DNA of 64,000 nucleotides from Eledone cirrhosa (GCA_964016885.1 OZ024752.1:42284001-42348000); one strand, 5' to 3'; numbered from the stretch's first letter, positions 41,406 to 54,704 are shown. Numbers and translations are program-made. Notes: a model not told the origin generated them from the letters alone.

Positions 41406-41653
41406 CAAGGACCTTGGTTCAGGGGGGCGGGGTACCAGGGGACGGACAAGTTTTCCCCCACCTTTTCAAACGTCTATATTTTATTTTTTGTTTATTTAAT
41501 ATAATAAATTCTTTTAAAGCTTATTTAATTAGCGTAAAATTTTACTTATGTGATTAGGGTCCGGGTAAGGCACCATAAGCAATTTATGCTCCTTTAAGAA
41601 TCAACAAATGTTGGTTTGTCCCCCTCACATTTTTAAGGCAAACGCGGCCCCTG
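41406..41653. mobile_element. hAT-like MITE
   Basis: Imperfect TIR CAAGGACC../..CGGCCCCTG; 8-bp TSD CCTGGAGC/CCTGGAAC; second copy at 51737-52014. Confidence 0.75.
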
Positions 41654-41744
41654 CCTGGAACCTTTATCCGTCACTACATCTAGTATTTTAAACCTTTTCA
41701 GCTTAAAAGTCATAAACGTCTTTATTTCATTATTTATATAAAAG

Positions 41745-42895
41745 GGGTTTGGCAGCTTCGGTAGAACGTCGGGCGTCATGCTTTACAGCACAGTGTTATG
41801 GACCTTTACGTTCTGAGTTCAAATATCGCCGAGGTTAGCTTTGCCTTTCATCATTACGGGGTCGATAACATAAAATACCAGTCACACACTGGGGTCGATT
41901 TAATCGACTTTCCTCTCCTCCAAAATTGCTGGTCTTGTGCCAAAAGTAGAAACCATTATTTATATAAAAGGGGGTGGTGGTTTGGCAGCATCGGACACCA
42001 TGCTTTACAGCATAGAGTTATGGTCCTTTACGTTCTGAGTTCAAATCCTGTCGAGGTTAGCTTTGCTTTTCATCCTTAAAATAAAGTACCAGTAATACAC
42101 TGGTGTAATTGCTGGCCTTGTGCCAAAAGTAGAAACAATTATTTATATAAAAGAAGATAAAGGTATCCTTCGGTCACGAATGACCATGGGATTTGTAACT
42201 AGAAAGTTCCCCTCCAAGGCATAAGTCCCGGCAAGGTTGTTTAATCGAAGACAAGCAGTCAGCCATGCATACCAGTCTCCCTTTTCCATACCACCAATGC
42301 TGCCCAAGGGAAAGGCAATGGCTGATACAACTCGGCATCAGTGACATCACAACTCATTTCTGCAGCTAAATGAACTGGAGCAACATGAAATAAAGTGTCT
42401 TGTTCAAGGATACACTGCATCACCCGGTCCAAGAATTGAACCCACAACCTCACGATTGCAAGCCCAATGCTCTAACCACTAAACCATGCGCCTTCAGTGA
42501 TTTTATATAAAGTATTATTTTTTATTGGCAGTATCGGTAGAGGGTCGGACGACATGCTTTGACGCATAGAGTTACGGCCCTTGCCATTCTGAGTTCAAAT
42601 CCTGCCGAGGTTAACTTTGCCTTTCATCCTTACGGGGTCGATAAAATAAAGTACCAGTAATGCACTGAGTAATTTGCTGGCCTTGTGCCAAAAGTAGAAA
42701 CAATTATTTTTTATTGGCAGTATCGGTAGAGGGTCGGACGACATGCTTTGACGCATAGAGTTACGGCCCTTGCCATTCTGAGTTCAAATCTTGCCGAGGT
42801 TAACTTTGTCTTTCATCCTTATGGGGTCGATAAAATAAAGTACCAGTAATACACTGGGTAATTGCTGGCCTTGTGCCAAAAGTAGAAACAATTAT
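41745..42895. mobile_element. SINE cluster: family 1 (+) copies and a family 2-like (-) copy at about 42160-42496
   Basis: A/B boxes and family-diagnostic cores. Confidence 0.75.
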
Positions 42896-43458
42896 TTTTT
42901 TTTAACCGAAGGGAGGTAATTATCTTTAAGGGTAATAACTCTGGGTGTTTTATAACTAGTGTTGATCTTAATATGTCAGTCAGGATTTTTTTGCATTTCA
43001 ATATTCATATAAAGTTTATGACTTACAAATAAATGTCGGATAGAATTCTTTGGGGTTTTTGTTCCGGCTCTGCACTGTGGGTTCGAATTCCTCTGTGGTC
43101 AACTTTTCTTTTCATCTTCTCGGGATCGAGAAATAAAGTACCACTCAAGTACTGGGGTCAATTCTGTGTCATTCTCTCGAGGAAACTTGCTACTTTGACC
43201 TCGAGAGGGGCGGACACCGCCATATTTCAATACCTATGACACCCCTATGATTCCTTAGAAGATAAGAGACCCTAAATGGATGGGTCGTGAATTTAAATAG
43301 ACAAATGTGTAGCTAGATAGGTAGACAGATATTTAAATAGATTGATGGTCAGGTAGATAGGAAGACAACTATGTAACTAGATAGGTAGATAGATGTGTAG
43401 GTATGTAGGTAGATAGATATGTAGATAGATGGTCAGGTAGATAGGTAGACAACTATGT

Positions 43459-43945
43459 CATCATCATTCGTCGACTACTGTCGAGATGATGGATCTCACT
43501 CTCATGCCCTAGAATTCCCTGTCCCCCATCGCAGCCCCCAGGTCCTGTCTGCTGATTCCCGTATCCCTAGAGATAACGTCAGGGAATGACAGCTTCCTAC
43601 TCCTAGTCAGGCTGGAGTCAGGGTTCCAGAGCAAGAGAGCGGATATGATTTCATTGCTGGCACGGTGACAGTGGCCAGCAAATTGAGCTCTCCGGGATTT
43701 TAGAAGGGCAGAGGCTCGAGGGAGTTTGCCATAGATTTTAGACAAGGTGGGATGTCGTTTCCAGGATAGGTTTTGCACTCTCATTAAGAGGCGGGTATAT
43801 GTGCCATCCAATCTCCTCTCAAGTTGTGATGTTAGTGTCCAAGTTTCGGATCCATAAAGTAATATGGGTTTAATGGTGGCTTGGAATATTTCCAGTTTTA
43901 GCTTGTTGGTAAGTTGAGATGTCCATATGGCGTGCATGTCATTGC
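43459..43945 (-). mobile_element. 5'-truncated RTE-clade LINE with TSD
   Basis: ORF has RTE C-terminal motifs (KLEIFQATIKPILLYGSETWTLT, RRAQFAGHCHR); (GAT)n tail; 7-bp TSD ACTATGT at 43452-43458 and 43946-43952. Confidence 0.88.
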
Positions 43946-44645
43946 ACTATGTAACTAGATAGGTAGATAGATATGTAGATAGTCAGGTTGATAGGTAGAA
44001 GGATATGTAGCTAGCTAGCTAGCTAGCCAGATGTTGTCTTCATTATTCAAAGATTATATAGATAGCTGTAGATAGCTATTCCCCTGCTGACCATCTTGTC
44101 AACACTTTGTATGAAAGGTAGAGTTAGTGAGGAAGATATCAAAGTAGATATATCCTCAAATTACCAGACAAATCCTGCTCAAAGTTGTTATCACGTGATT
44201 CCTGTTTTATGATTATGATATATTATCAAGGGCAGTGGATTAGCAGTATCTGTAGAGCAGCAGACAACATGCTTTGCAACATATAGTTACATCCCTTTAC
44301 ATTCTGAGTTCAAATCCAGCCTAAGTTAGCTTTGCCTTTTATCCTTGCAGGTTTGATAAAATAAAGTACCAGTAATACACTATGGTTTATTTAATCAATC
44401 TTCCCCTCAACCCCAAATTGTTGGCCTTGTGCCTAAATCAAAAACCCTTAATATGGCATACTAAAAATTTTATTATAAAAAGAACAGGCGGTGGATTGGC
44501 AGAATCGGTAGAGCGTCTGACAACATGCTTTGTGTCATAGTTATGAATCTTTATGGTCTGAGTTCAAATCCCGCTGAGGTTAGCTTAACCTTTCATCCTT
44601 ACAGGGTCAATAAAATAAGGTACCACTTATGTGTTGGGGTCGATT

Positions 44646-45249
44646 TAACCCTTTAGCATTTAAACCGGCTGTAACCAGCTGCTCATACTGATGCCAAGGT
44701 ATTGTTCTCAAAATGAATAATATCAAAATCTCACAGATTTGATATTATGTAAGATAAAGCCTTTACTGTGAAAATACATTAGTATATATAGAGTAATGTA
44801 AATGTTATGTGAGATATTATGTAAGTTAAAGCCTTTACTGTGAAAATACATTAGTATATATAGAGTAATGTAAATGTTATGTGAGATATTATGTAAGGTA
44901 AAGCCTTTACTGTGAAAATACATTAGTATATATAGAGTAATGTAAATGTTATGTGAGATAATTATGTAAGATAAAGCCTTTACTGTGAAAATACAATAGT
45001 ATATATAGAGTAATGTAAATGTTATGTGAGATATTATGTAAGATAAAGCCTTTACTGTGACAATACAATAGTATATATAGAGTAATGTAAATGTTATGTG
45101 AGATATTATGTAAGATAAAGCCTTTACTGTGACAATACAATAGTATATATAGAGTAATGTAAATGTTATGTGAGATATTATGTAAGTTAAAGCCTTTACT
45201 GTGAAAATACAATAGTATATATAGAGTAATGTAAATGCTAAAGGGTTAA
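44646..45249 (-). mobile_element. piggyBac-like MITE with 72-bp unit about 7x
   Basis: TTAA-CCCTTTAGCATTTA ... TAAATGCTAAAGGG-TTAA perfect ends. Confidence 0.85.
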
Positions 45250-46074
45250 GGTGTGTATGTCCAAATGTTATGGCCAACTCTTAACATGCTGTAATGTTTC
45301 AGCAGAAAATCTTTAAAAACATGTTAGTGAATTTAAATGTTTATAGTATCTTTACTAGTTAACAGATCATTGTGAAAATTTGCAGTATTAGAGTAAAGAC
45401 TGTAATTTCTAATGTGATGTAATCATATTGCCATTTTGAACTTTTCAAGAATGTCTGTTTTACTAATGTGGTTTCACATAGTTTCTCTGTTCAAATGTTT
45501 ATAATATCTTTACTAGTGGACAGATCATTGTGAAAATTTTCTGTATTAGATTAAAGACTGTCATTTTTAATGTGATGTAGACATGCTGCCATTTTGAACT
45601 TTTAAAGAATATCTTACTAATATGGTTGCAGGTGTTTTCTTTGTTCAAATGTTTACAGTATCTTTACTAGTTGACGACACAGCATTGTAAAAATTAATTT
45701 GCCATATATACGTTTTATACTTTTCAAGAATATCTTGCTTATGTGATTTCATGCAGTAGAGAATATAAAGGAGTTAAATTTCAAGTTTAGCTCAGATTTT
45801 AAGAAATCATTAATAAAACAAAGTTTGCTAAGAACGAAGCAACACTTGATGTTCATAGGAAAATATATTTATTCATTTTAGTTTTACACAATATATTTGT
45901 TTAAAATATAATTCCAAGTTCATGCAAACATTGGAATAGGCCCAAACCAGATGTCAAATGTAGTTTCTCAAAAAAATTAGCTGGCAATATGTCAAGACTA
46001 GAAGTAAAAGGTAGACACCTATACTCTTGCTGGCAGGGAAAGTGGACGTTAAATGGCGATGAAGATGATATATA

Positions 46075-46254
46075 CAGTATATGCCGGCGTACAAGTCGAT
46101 ACGGCACATAGGCCGACCCCTAAAATTCTGAGATGTAGTTCAGGTGAAGTAGTATGCATACTTCCACATTATATATTCGGCAGACAAGTTGACCCCTGGT
46201 TTTGGAGAGATATTTTTAGGCTCCAAATGTCGACATGTATGCCGGCATATACAG
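46075..46254. mobile_element. Tc1/mariner (Tc2/Tigger-like) MITE
   Basis: TA-flanked imperfect TIRs C.GTATATGCCGGCGTACAAGTCGA / TCGACATGTATGCCGGCATATAC.G. Confidence 0.65.
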
Positions 46255-46344
46255 TATTATTATATACACATATTATATATGTGTGTACAGGATGGATTTA
46301 CAAGTGGCATATGCTTAATGTATAGATTACAGGTATATATATGG

Positions 46345-46675
46345 AGGCTTAGTGGTTAGAGCATTGGCCTTGCAATCGAAAGGTTGTGAGTTCAATTCTC
46401 AGACCGAGTGATGTGTTGTTTCCTTGAGCAAGACACTTTATTTCACATTGCTCCAGTTTACTCAGCTGTAGAAATGAGATGATAGGGACTGGGGTCCCTA
46501 TCATTCCACTGCAAAGTGGTCGTGGAGGTGCCACGGCAAAAAAGCACCCAGCACTCACTGTAAATGAGGTTGGTGTTAGGAAGGGCATCCAGCTGTAGAA
46601 ATCAAGCCAGAACCAGTTCCCGTCCCACCCTTGCAAGCAGGGAAAAACGGACGTAAAATGATGATGATGATGATG
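46345..46675 (+). mobile_element. Full-length tRNA-derived SINE family 2
   Basis: GGCTTAGTGGTTAGAGC (A-box)...GAGTTCAATTCTC (B-box), CCTTGAGCAAGACACTT core, (GAT)n tail. Confidence 0.85.
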
Positions 46676-47309
46676 ATATATATCATCATCATCATCTTCG
46701 TTTAACGTCCATTTTCCACGCTAGCATGGGTTAGACGGGAGTTGTCCCACTTGAGGCAAGGTTTGGTCGGGTGACCATGTCTCGCTCATATAGGACTATC
46801 TGGCAGGTTTTCTACGGCTGGATGCCCTTCCTAACACCAACCACATTTACAGTGTGGAACTGGGAACTTTTTATCGTGTTACCTATACGGCCACATTACA
46901 GTGTGGACTGTGTGTTTTTTTGTTGTGACACCTACACGATCTCGATCTTATTATCTCATTTATTTGGACTGGATGTTGTGGTACCAACTTTATAGAGAGA
47001 GGTTGGTGTTGGTGGGAGTGGGAGGATAGGGTAGGGGTAGTGGATTGGGGTGTATATTTGGTTAAGAGGTGTCTACTGCCTGTAGATTTCGCTTTATACA
47101 TAGGCAAGGCAGGTCTTCTGTATTACTGTGAAGCGCCAAAGATCTTGTATATATATATATGTGTATGTGTAGTGTATATGATGTATTTACAATTAGCTTA
47201 TGCTTTATGTATAGGTTTCATATATACAGATATATGTGTGTGTATGTATGTATAGTGTATATGGTATATTTTCAAATAACAGAACAAGAAGTTGAGCTGT
47301 ATAGGTTCA

Positions 47310-47557
47310 TTACCTCTGGTAAGCCCACATAACTGGCACCACCTCTGGTAAGCCCACATAACTGGCACCACCTCTGGTAAGCCCACATAACTGGCCCCAC
47401 CTCTGGTAACCCCACATAAACTGGCCACACCTCTGGTAACCCCACACAAACTGGCCCCCACCTCTGGTAACCCCACACAAACTGGCCCCCACCTCTGGTA
47501 ACCCCACACAAACTGGCCCCCACCTCTGGTAACCCCACATAAACTGGCCCCCACCTC
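47310..47557. repeat. 30-31-bp minisatellite just downstream of the STEAP stop codon
   Basis: Unit CACCTCTGGTAACCCCACACAAACTGGCCCC, about 8 copies. Confidence 0.9.
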
Positions 47558-47573
47558 TGATCTAGCCTGTTCA

Positions 47574-48935
47574 TTATAAAGGAATATCATTGCCTATTTT
47601 CTGGAGTTTTCTTCTCTCCCAACCTGCACGTATGTTGTCCACATAACAGCTAACTCCTGGTAATGACAAAAAAAGCTTCAAGAATAAAGTCAAGAAGGGG
47701 ACAATGCAACAAAGAAAGCTATTACTATAAAAAAATTTAGATGATTTTAGCCAATGTGGTAGACCCAGGATAGAGACATGCATAACTACAAAAAATAAAG
47801 TAGCATATCCTAAGTAACTCTGACTAAAGCGCCACTCCTTCCAGTTGAGTATTTCTCCTACACTTGGAAGAGAGGAAATTCCAACAAGAGTCATTAAAAA
47901 CAAAGCTACAAATCCCACACTTATGATTGATTCCCCCCGCAGGCTGAAATGTACATCATAAGGGGTTATGGCTGAGGAATTAACATGATTAGAGGTAGTA
48001 TACCAAGAACCAGCATAGCCAGGAGATATAAGAGCTAGAGACATTCCAACATGCCAGAGGCTAAAGAGAAGAGCATAAAGTCCTAACATTTTGCGAGACT
48101 TCATCCATCTGTCAAGCCAGGTAGGGAAATCTTTGTATTTTGTTCCATTATAAATCTGTAAAATTCCTGCTAAACAGCCAGGTAAATAAGAAACAGCTAG
48201 TAATGTGATAGCTGTTAAGCAAGCAACTTTGTTCATAAATGTCAGTGGAAACCTATACCAAGCTATAGGAATATTATGACTAACATAATACACTAAAGTC
48301 TTTATTAATGTGATCAAGAACCATGAAAGAAAGGTGACTAATGTAAAGATACTAGGTACACCCCATCCTGACATTAGTTTTAGAGGATAGGCTTCTAGTT
48401 TCCTTGAAGCAGCAAGGCTTCCACAGTCAACAGGGGAGATACCAATGTCACGAGACAGTTGCATGATTCGTTCTCGGGCTTGTCTGTCATTTCCTGCAAC
48501 AAAGTTTCTCACACTGCCACCAAAGTTTTCACTTTCTACAGCATAAGCAGATAGTGTATTGAAAGATTTCACAAAATGAATCTTTGGAAAAGTGGCAGCT
48601 AAATTCTCAGCATTTGATTCAAATTTACTCGGTTTTGTACGGTTGGAGATATCAACACAAATTTTTCCTACCAAGTTGTCCTGAAATGGTTGCAGGCATG
48701 AATCCATGCTAGAATATGGTATCGCCAAGAAGAATATTTCAATATCAGGGTTTTTAAGTACATTTTTAAGGGAATCCACTTTGATATTACAAAGCTGTTT
48801 GTCTCTTGTTTCAAAAGATCTTCCAACTGGATTGCGACTGCCAAAAACAATTCCATATCCAGATTGTAAAAGCCTTTTCCCTAATGCTGATCCATAATTT
48901 CCTGTACCAAGAATTCCAATAGTTTGGTTTTCCAT
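47574..48935 (-). CDS. STEAP: STEAP-family metalloreductase (STEAP2/3/4-like): N-terminal NADPH-binding F420-oxidoreductase-like domain plus ferric-reductase-like transmembrane domain
   Basis: Intact 453-aa ORF: GILGTGNYG Rossmann motif, GSRNP, DISN, SNAE, VKSFNTLSA, YLPG..AG, FPTWLDRWMKSRKMLGL, two heme-ligand His (LWHV, VMHV), TS/SSLPSV, NWKEWRFSQS.LGY, IRAGWE. Splice acceptor TTTCTCTACAG ends at 48947. Confidence 0.93.
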   Translation of the reverse strand: MENQTIGILGTGNYGSALGKRLLQSGYGIVFGSRNPVGRSFETRDKQLCNIKVDSLKNVLKNPDIEIFFLAIPYSSMDSCLQPFQDNLVGKICVDISNRTKPSKFESNAENLAATFPKIHFVKSFNTLSAYAVESENFGGSVRNFVAGNDRQARERIMQLSRDIGISPVDCGSLAASRKLEAYPLKLMSGWGVPSIFTLVTFLSWFLITLIKTLVYYVSHNIPIAWYRFPLTFMNKVACLTAITLLAVSYLPGCLAGILQIYNGTKYKDFPTWLDRWMKSRKMLGLYALLFSLWHVGMSLALISPGYAGSWYTTSNHVNSSAITPYDVHFSLRGESIISVGFVALFLMTLVGISSLPSVGEILNWKEWRFSQSYLGYATLFFVVMHVSILGLPHWLKSSKFFYSNSFLCCIVPFLTLFLKLFLSLPGVSCYVDNIRAGWERRKLQKIGNDIPL

Positions 48936-49126
48936 AGTTTCCTTACCTGTAGAGAAATAATAAGTAAATATTATAAACCAATAAGTTTATGAAGAGATTG
49001 AGCAAATTTAAAAATTTGTAATTTATTTGCTTTTATTATAAAAACATAAAAGGAACTGCAAAAAGTCAGTCTTGTCCAAATACCATATCAATATAAATAT
49101 TGTATCAACATAAATATCATATGAAT

Positions 49127-49496
49127 CATCATCATCGTTTTTCGTCCGTTCTTCCATGCTAGCATGGGTTAGACGGGTTGTCCTGTTGTGGGCATTGTCT
49201 TGCTCATACGGGAACTGATTCTGGCTTGATTTCTACAGCTGGATGCCCTTCCTAACACCAACCTCATTTACAGTGAGTGCTAGGTGCTTTTTTTTCCGTG
49301 GCGCCTACAAAACCACTTTGCAGTGGAATGATGTGGACCCCACTCATATCATCTCATTTCTACAGCTGAGTAAACTGGAGCAATGTGAAATAAAGTGCCT
49401 TGCTCAAGGAAACAACACATCACCCGGTTTGAGAATTGAACTCTCAACCTTTCGATTGCAAGGCCAATGCTCTAACCACTAAGCCATGCGCCTTCA
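49127..49496 (-). mobile_element. Full-length SINE family 2
   Basis: Reverse complement of 46345-46675-type sequence, from GAAGGCGCATGGCTTAGTGG head to (GAT)n tail. Confidence 0.85.
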
Positions 49497-49609
49497 CCAT
49501 ATATAAATACTATATCGATACCATATCAAATATTTTGATATGTTTAATAAAAAATTTAAAAATCAATATATTTTAGAATTTTCCACTCCATTCCAAATGG
49601 TATGAAGAT

Positions 49610-49780
49610 ACCACAATAAAGTGACAGTATTGGTTCCACAATAGAATACACCCAGCCCACTCTGTAAAGTGACAGTGTTCGTTCCACAATAGAATACACC
49701 CAGCCCACTCTGTAAAGTGACAGTGTTCGTTCCACAATAGAATACACCCAGCCCACTCTGTAAAGTGATAGTGTTGGTTC
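49610..49780. repeat. 54-bp tandem repeat, 3 copies
   Basis: CCACAATAGAATACACCCAGCCCACTCTGTAAAGTGACAGTG... Confidence 0.85.
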
Positions 49781-50545
49781 CTTAAAAACCACAGACCCTC
49801 CATCTCAACTCACCTTTTGAAAAGCAGAAGAACTGCGAAACCGGTAAAGGAACCAAATAAATATATATATTTAAAAAAAAAATAAGACTCCAGTTGCATT
49901 TTCGATTTCATCTCTTTTTCTTTATACTTTCACTCGTGTAGGACACCTCGGTTATTTTTCATTTTGTAAAAAAAACCTCACTTTCTAATATATATATATA
50001 TATATATACATATGTATATATATATATATATATACATATGTATATATATATATATATACATATGTATATATATATATATATATACATATGTATATATATA
50101 TACATATGTATATATATATATGTATATATATATACATATGTATATGACCCCTTAGCCTTTGTCAAGGCAGAATTCTAGGAGAAGGAAAACTCTGATATAA
50201 CACCTGCAACCCTGATGGTATCCAATGATGTTGACTTGTTCTTCTTTTTGGTAAATATCATCTTGGTTAAGAGAGTGGGACTGGCTTTGTGCAGTGCCTT
50301 TGCTCACTATAAAAGCTTCACGGCACAGGCATTGCTTTGTATCTGGAGATCTCTCTGCACTTGTCATTACATGGTACCATGGGCCCAGCACTATGTGTCA
50401 ATAATTGTCACAAGTGTAGTGTTTGTACCAGAGTTTTCAAGTTGCTGGCTGGACTAAAAAGTCACACTCGTTCAGCGTATCGGTAGGGGTTCTCCTACAT
50501 GGTTATAAAGTAGTGGCCGTACTCGAAAACGAGTTGGCAGCCACC

Positions 50546-51036
50546 ATGTATATATATATGTATATATATGTATATATGTATATATATATATATGTATATA
50601 TATATATGTATATATGTATATATATATATGTATATATGTATATATATATATGTATATATGTACATGTATATATATGTATATATGTACATGTATATATGTG
50701 TATATATGTATATGTATATATATATGTATATATGTATATATATATATGTATATATGTATATATATATATGTATATATGTATATGTATATATGTGTATATA
50801 TGTATATGTATATATGTGTATATGTGTATATGTGTATATGTATATATGTGTATATGTGTATATGTATATATGTATATATGTGTATATGTATATATGTATA
50901 TATGTATATGTATATATGTATATGTATATATGTATATATGTATATATGTGTATATGTATATGTATATATGTATATGTATATGTATATATGTATATGTATA
51001 TATGTACATATGTATATATGTACATATGTATATGTA

Positions 51037-51135
<99 letters not shown>

Positions 51136-51232
51136 GTATATATATGTATATATATGTATATGTATATATATATGTATATATATGTATATATGTATATGTA
51201 TATATATGTATATATGTATATGTATATATATG

Positions 51233-51301
<69 letters not shown>

Positions 51302-51336
51302 GTATATATATATATGTATATGTATATATATATATG

Positions 51337-51415
<79 letters not shown>

Positions 51416-51482
51416 GTATATGTATATATGTATATATATGTATATATGTGTATATATGTATATATGTGTATATATATATGTA

Positions 51483-51547
<65 letters not shown>

Positions 51548-51556
51548 GCATATATA

Positions 51557-51609
<53 letters not shown>

Positions 51610-51735
51610 GTATATGTACATATATATATATATATATTATATATATGTATATGTACATATATATATATATATATTATATATATGTATGTGTGTTTATATA
51701 TATATATATATACACACACACATACATACACACAT
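50546..51735. repeat. (TA)n/(TATG)n microsatellite
   Basis: Simple repeat explaining several ~400-aa spurious ORFs. Confidence 0.95.
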
Positions 51736-51736
51736 G

Positions 51737-52014
51737 CAAGGGCCTTGTTTCAGGGGTGGGGGTACCAGGGGAAAAGTCACCCTCCAACATTTTCAAAAGT
51801 TCATGTTTTATTTTTTGTTTATTTGATATAATAAATTCTTTTTAAACTTATTTTTTCATATCTATTTGAATATATAAAATTTAATTAGTGTAAAATTTTA
51901 CTTATGTGATAGGGTCTGGGAAAGGGACCATAAGCAATTTATGCTCCTTTAAGAATCAACAAATGTTGGTTTGTGCCTCCCCCCCCCATGTTTTTAAGGT
52001 AAACGAGGCCTCTA
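51737..52014. mobile_element. hAT-like MITE (same family as 41406-41653)
   Basis: Perfect 8-bp TSD CACACATG (51729-51736, 52015-52022); shared internal GTAAAATTTTACTTATGTGAT...GAATCAACAAATGTTGG. Confidence 0.8.
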
Positions 52015-52252
52015 CACACATGTATATATACCCCATGCCATCACAGACAAGGGACATATTCTGATAATGCTGGTATAATAAGACACTAGTTGTACTTGCC
52101 GTCACTAGGCTCACCACCGGAATCCTCCAAAACTTTGTAATCGGTCATTTTTACTAGAAAATATAAAGAAACATTAACCATTTGATATTTCTCATCAGAG
52201 ACTTGGCCAATGTTTGTTTTGTTTTGCTTTTTTTTTTTTTTTCAGAAAACTT

Positions 52253-52690
52253 TTAACCCTTTAACATTTACATTGCTCTATATATACTATCATATTTTTG
52301 CCGTAAAGACTTTATCTTATATAATTATCTCACCATTTACATTGCTCTATATATACTATTATATTTTTGCCGTAAAGGCTTTATATTATATAATTATCTC
52401 ACATGACATTTACATTACTCTATATATACTATTATATTTTTGCCGTAAAGGCTTTATATTATATAATTATCTCACATGACATTTACATTACTCTATATAT
52501 ACTATTATATTTTTGCCGTAAAGGCTTTATATTATATAATTATCTCACATAATCTTAAATCTATGAGATTTTGATGTTATTTATTATGAGAACAAATACC
52601 TTAGTATGAGCAGCCAGTTATGGCCAGTTTGAACAAAAGAGGTGAGAGAATTCTGGCCAGATATGGCCGGTTTAACTGCTAAAGGTTTAA
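52253..52690 (+). mobile_element. piggyBac-like MITE with internal ~73-bp repeats
   Basis: TTAACCCTTTAACATTTAC start; same internal sequence as the other copies. Confidence 0.75.
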
Positions 52691-52692
52691 AG

Positions 52693-52993
52693 CTATGGTC
52701 TCCAACCTTTTTTATACTACAAACCAGCTTCATGTCGGACAATCTTTCCGCGGACCGGTAATTGGACATAAGTGGTATTTAAGTGCATTTTGATAAAGAG
52801 AACAATAATAAAAAGTGCAATTTATTAAAGGGAAGAAAAAGTGTATTGAGTATATAAATATTGAATATTTAAATAAATCTTTTAAAAATAAAATCCAATA
52901 TTCAATTTATCTATTATATAATTGTAAACAAGTTAATTATTTCTTTGCAGCCCGGTAGCTAATGATCTACGGACTTGTGTTGAGGACCTCTGT
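52693..52993. mobile_element. Degenerate hAT (Charlie/MER1-like) MITE
   Basis: Ends resemble CAGGGGTCCCCAACCTTTT / GTTGGGGACCCCTG, with a GCGGACCGG motif inside. Confidence 0.5.
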
Positions 52994-53117
52994 TTTGAAG
53001 TAATCAAGAATTTCGAAGGTTTTACTAATATTTTCTCATATTTTATGTACAGTTTGGAACAGAGAACATAGCTTAAAAGTTTTTATATAAAATTATGATG
53101 GAAAGATTTCAATAAAG

Positions 53118-53596
53118 TATGTAGCTCAGAGATCAGAGAGTTACTCCAGGTAGAGCTGCTATTTCTTCGAATTGAGGGATCACATCCCCAATACTATGGG
53201 CATGGGGTTAGAATGTCTCAGGAAAGAATCGCTAGACAGATCTGTAGCTCAGAGATCAGAGGGTCTCTCCAGGTAGAGCTGCTACTTCTCCAAATTGAGA
53301 GATCACAGCTTCGATATTATGGGTATGTGGTAAGAATGTCTCAGCAAAATATTGCTGGACAGATTTTACGGGCAGAACCGACCAGCAGGAGACCCAGAGG
53401 TAGACCCCGAGCAAGATAGTTGGATAACATCCATGAGCTTGGCCAGTCATGCTTGGGAATCCAGTCGGATCAGTTGCTTCTGACAGGACCCACTGGAGTG
53501 TTTGAGGACTCTGTCATCACCACGACACTCTCAGAAATAAATGGTAAAATCTGTCCAGTGATTCTTTCCTGAGACATTCTAACCACATGCCCATAT
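53118..53596 (+). mobile_element. Degenerate RTE-clade LINE 3' fragment with local duplication and short inversion
   Basis: IERSQLRYYGYVVRM...RRPRGRPRAR motif; 53120-53240 is duplicated; 53547-53596 is an inverted copy. Confidence 0.75.
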
Positions 53597-54098
53597 AAGG
53601 ATATTTTAGTTTTAAAAAAGTAGAGTTGATACAATTGACCCCAACGTCCCCAAATTACTGGCCTTGTCCCTATCTTAGAAAGAGATATGGGCCTTGTCCC
53701 TATGTTAGAAAGAGTTAAGTTTCAGGGGGAAAAAAATAATACCGCACCACTTAACTTACGAAATGCGCATGTGCAGTAAATCAGACGGGGGAATATATTT
53801 CTTAAACACACACACACACATACAGTAACACACACACACATACATAGTAACACATACATACAAAGTAACACGCACATACATAGTAATACACACACATATA
53901 CACAGTAACACACACACACATATATACACAGTAACACACACGCACACACACTCAACTAGTGTAAGTAGGCGGACCATATATATATATATGTATATATGTA
54001 TATATATATATATATGTATATATATAATGTAGGAGGTGAGTTTTATTGTAGTACAATAAAGCAATAAAGTGTTTTTTAACCTTCATATCATGTCTTCC

Positions 54099-54169
54099 TA
54101 TTTTATCTGATGAAAACACAAATGTTATTGTATGATGATATTTGTTTTTAAAATGCGCATAATAAAATA
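54099..54169 (+). ncRNA. Hammerhead motif (family C), core GAAA mutated to AAAA, probably inactive
   Basis: TATTTTAT-CTGATGA-stem II-AAAA-TGCGCA-TA-ATAAAATA. Confidence 0.65.
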
Positions 54170-54704
54170 CATGGAACTCATTTAACCATCTTTTGATCTT
54201 ATATATTATATATATATATATATGTAGGAGGTGAGTTTTATTGTAGCACAATAAAGCAATGCAAATATCGGATAAGTAGCACTCTACAGTTTGTAGGACT
54301 GGAGTATAAATAATATAAGATCAAAAGATGGTTAAAAGAGTTCCAAGTATTTTATTATGCGCATTAATTTAATATTATTCTTAATTCCTTTTTCTCTTCA
54401 TGCATAAACCTCATTAACTTTTAATTTCAAATTCTTTTAAATTATCTATTATCTTCCAACAGCTTTTTAATTTCTCTCTGTGAGACAATATATATTTTTT
54501 TCTCAGTTGTAAAGGCTATCTCTCTCTCTCTATCACCCGTCTCTCCTCCTCTCTCCTCCTTCCTTCTTATACTCCTCCCCCACCATCCTTTACTCTCATC
54601 TCTTCCTCTTCCTTTTTCCCAATTTCATACATCAATCTTAATTTATTTTTCATATGTTGATTCACTATTCACAAGTGTTTTTTAAGCTTCATATCATGTC
54701 TCCC

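Noticed and set aside
46345-46425. tRNA gene (A/B boxes, TGC at anticodon-like position)
   Set aside because: Continues into SINE core and tail, is multi-copy and divergent, and has no good acceptor stem: a SINE head.
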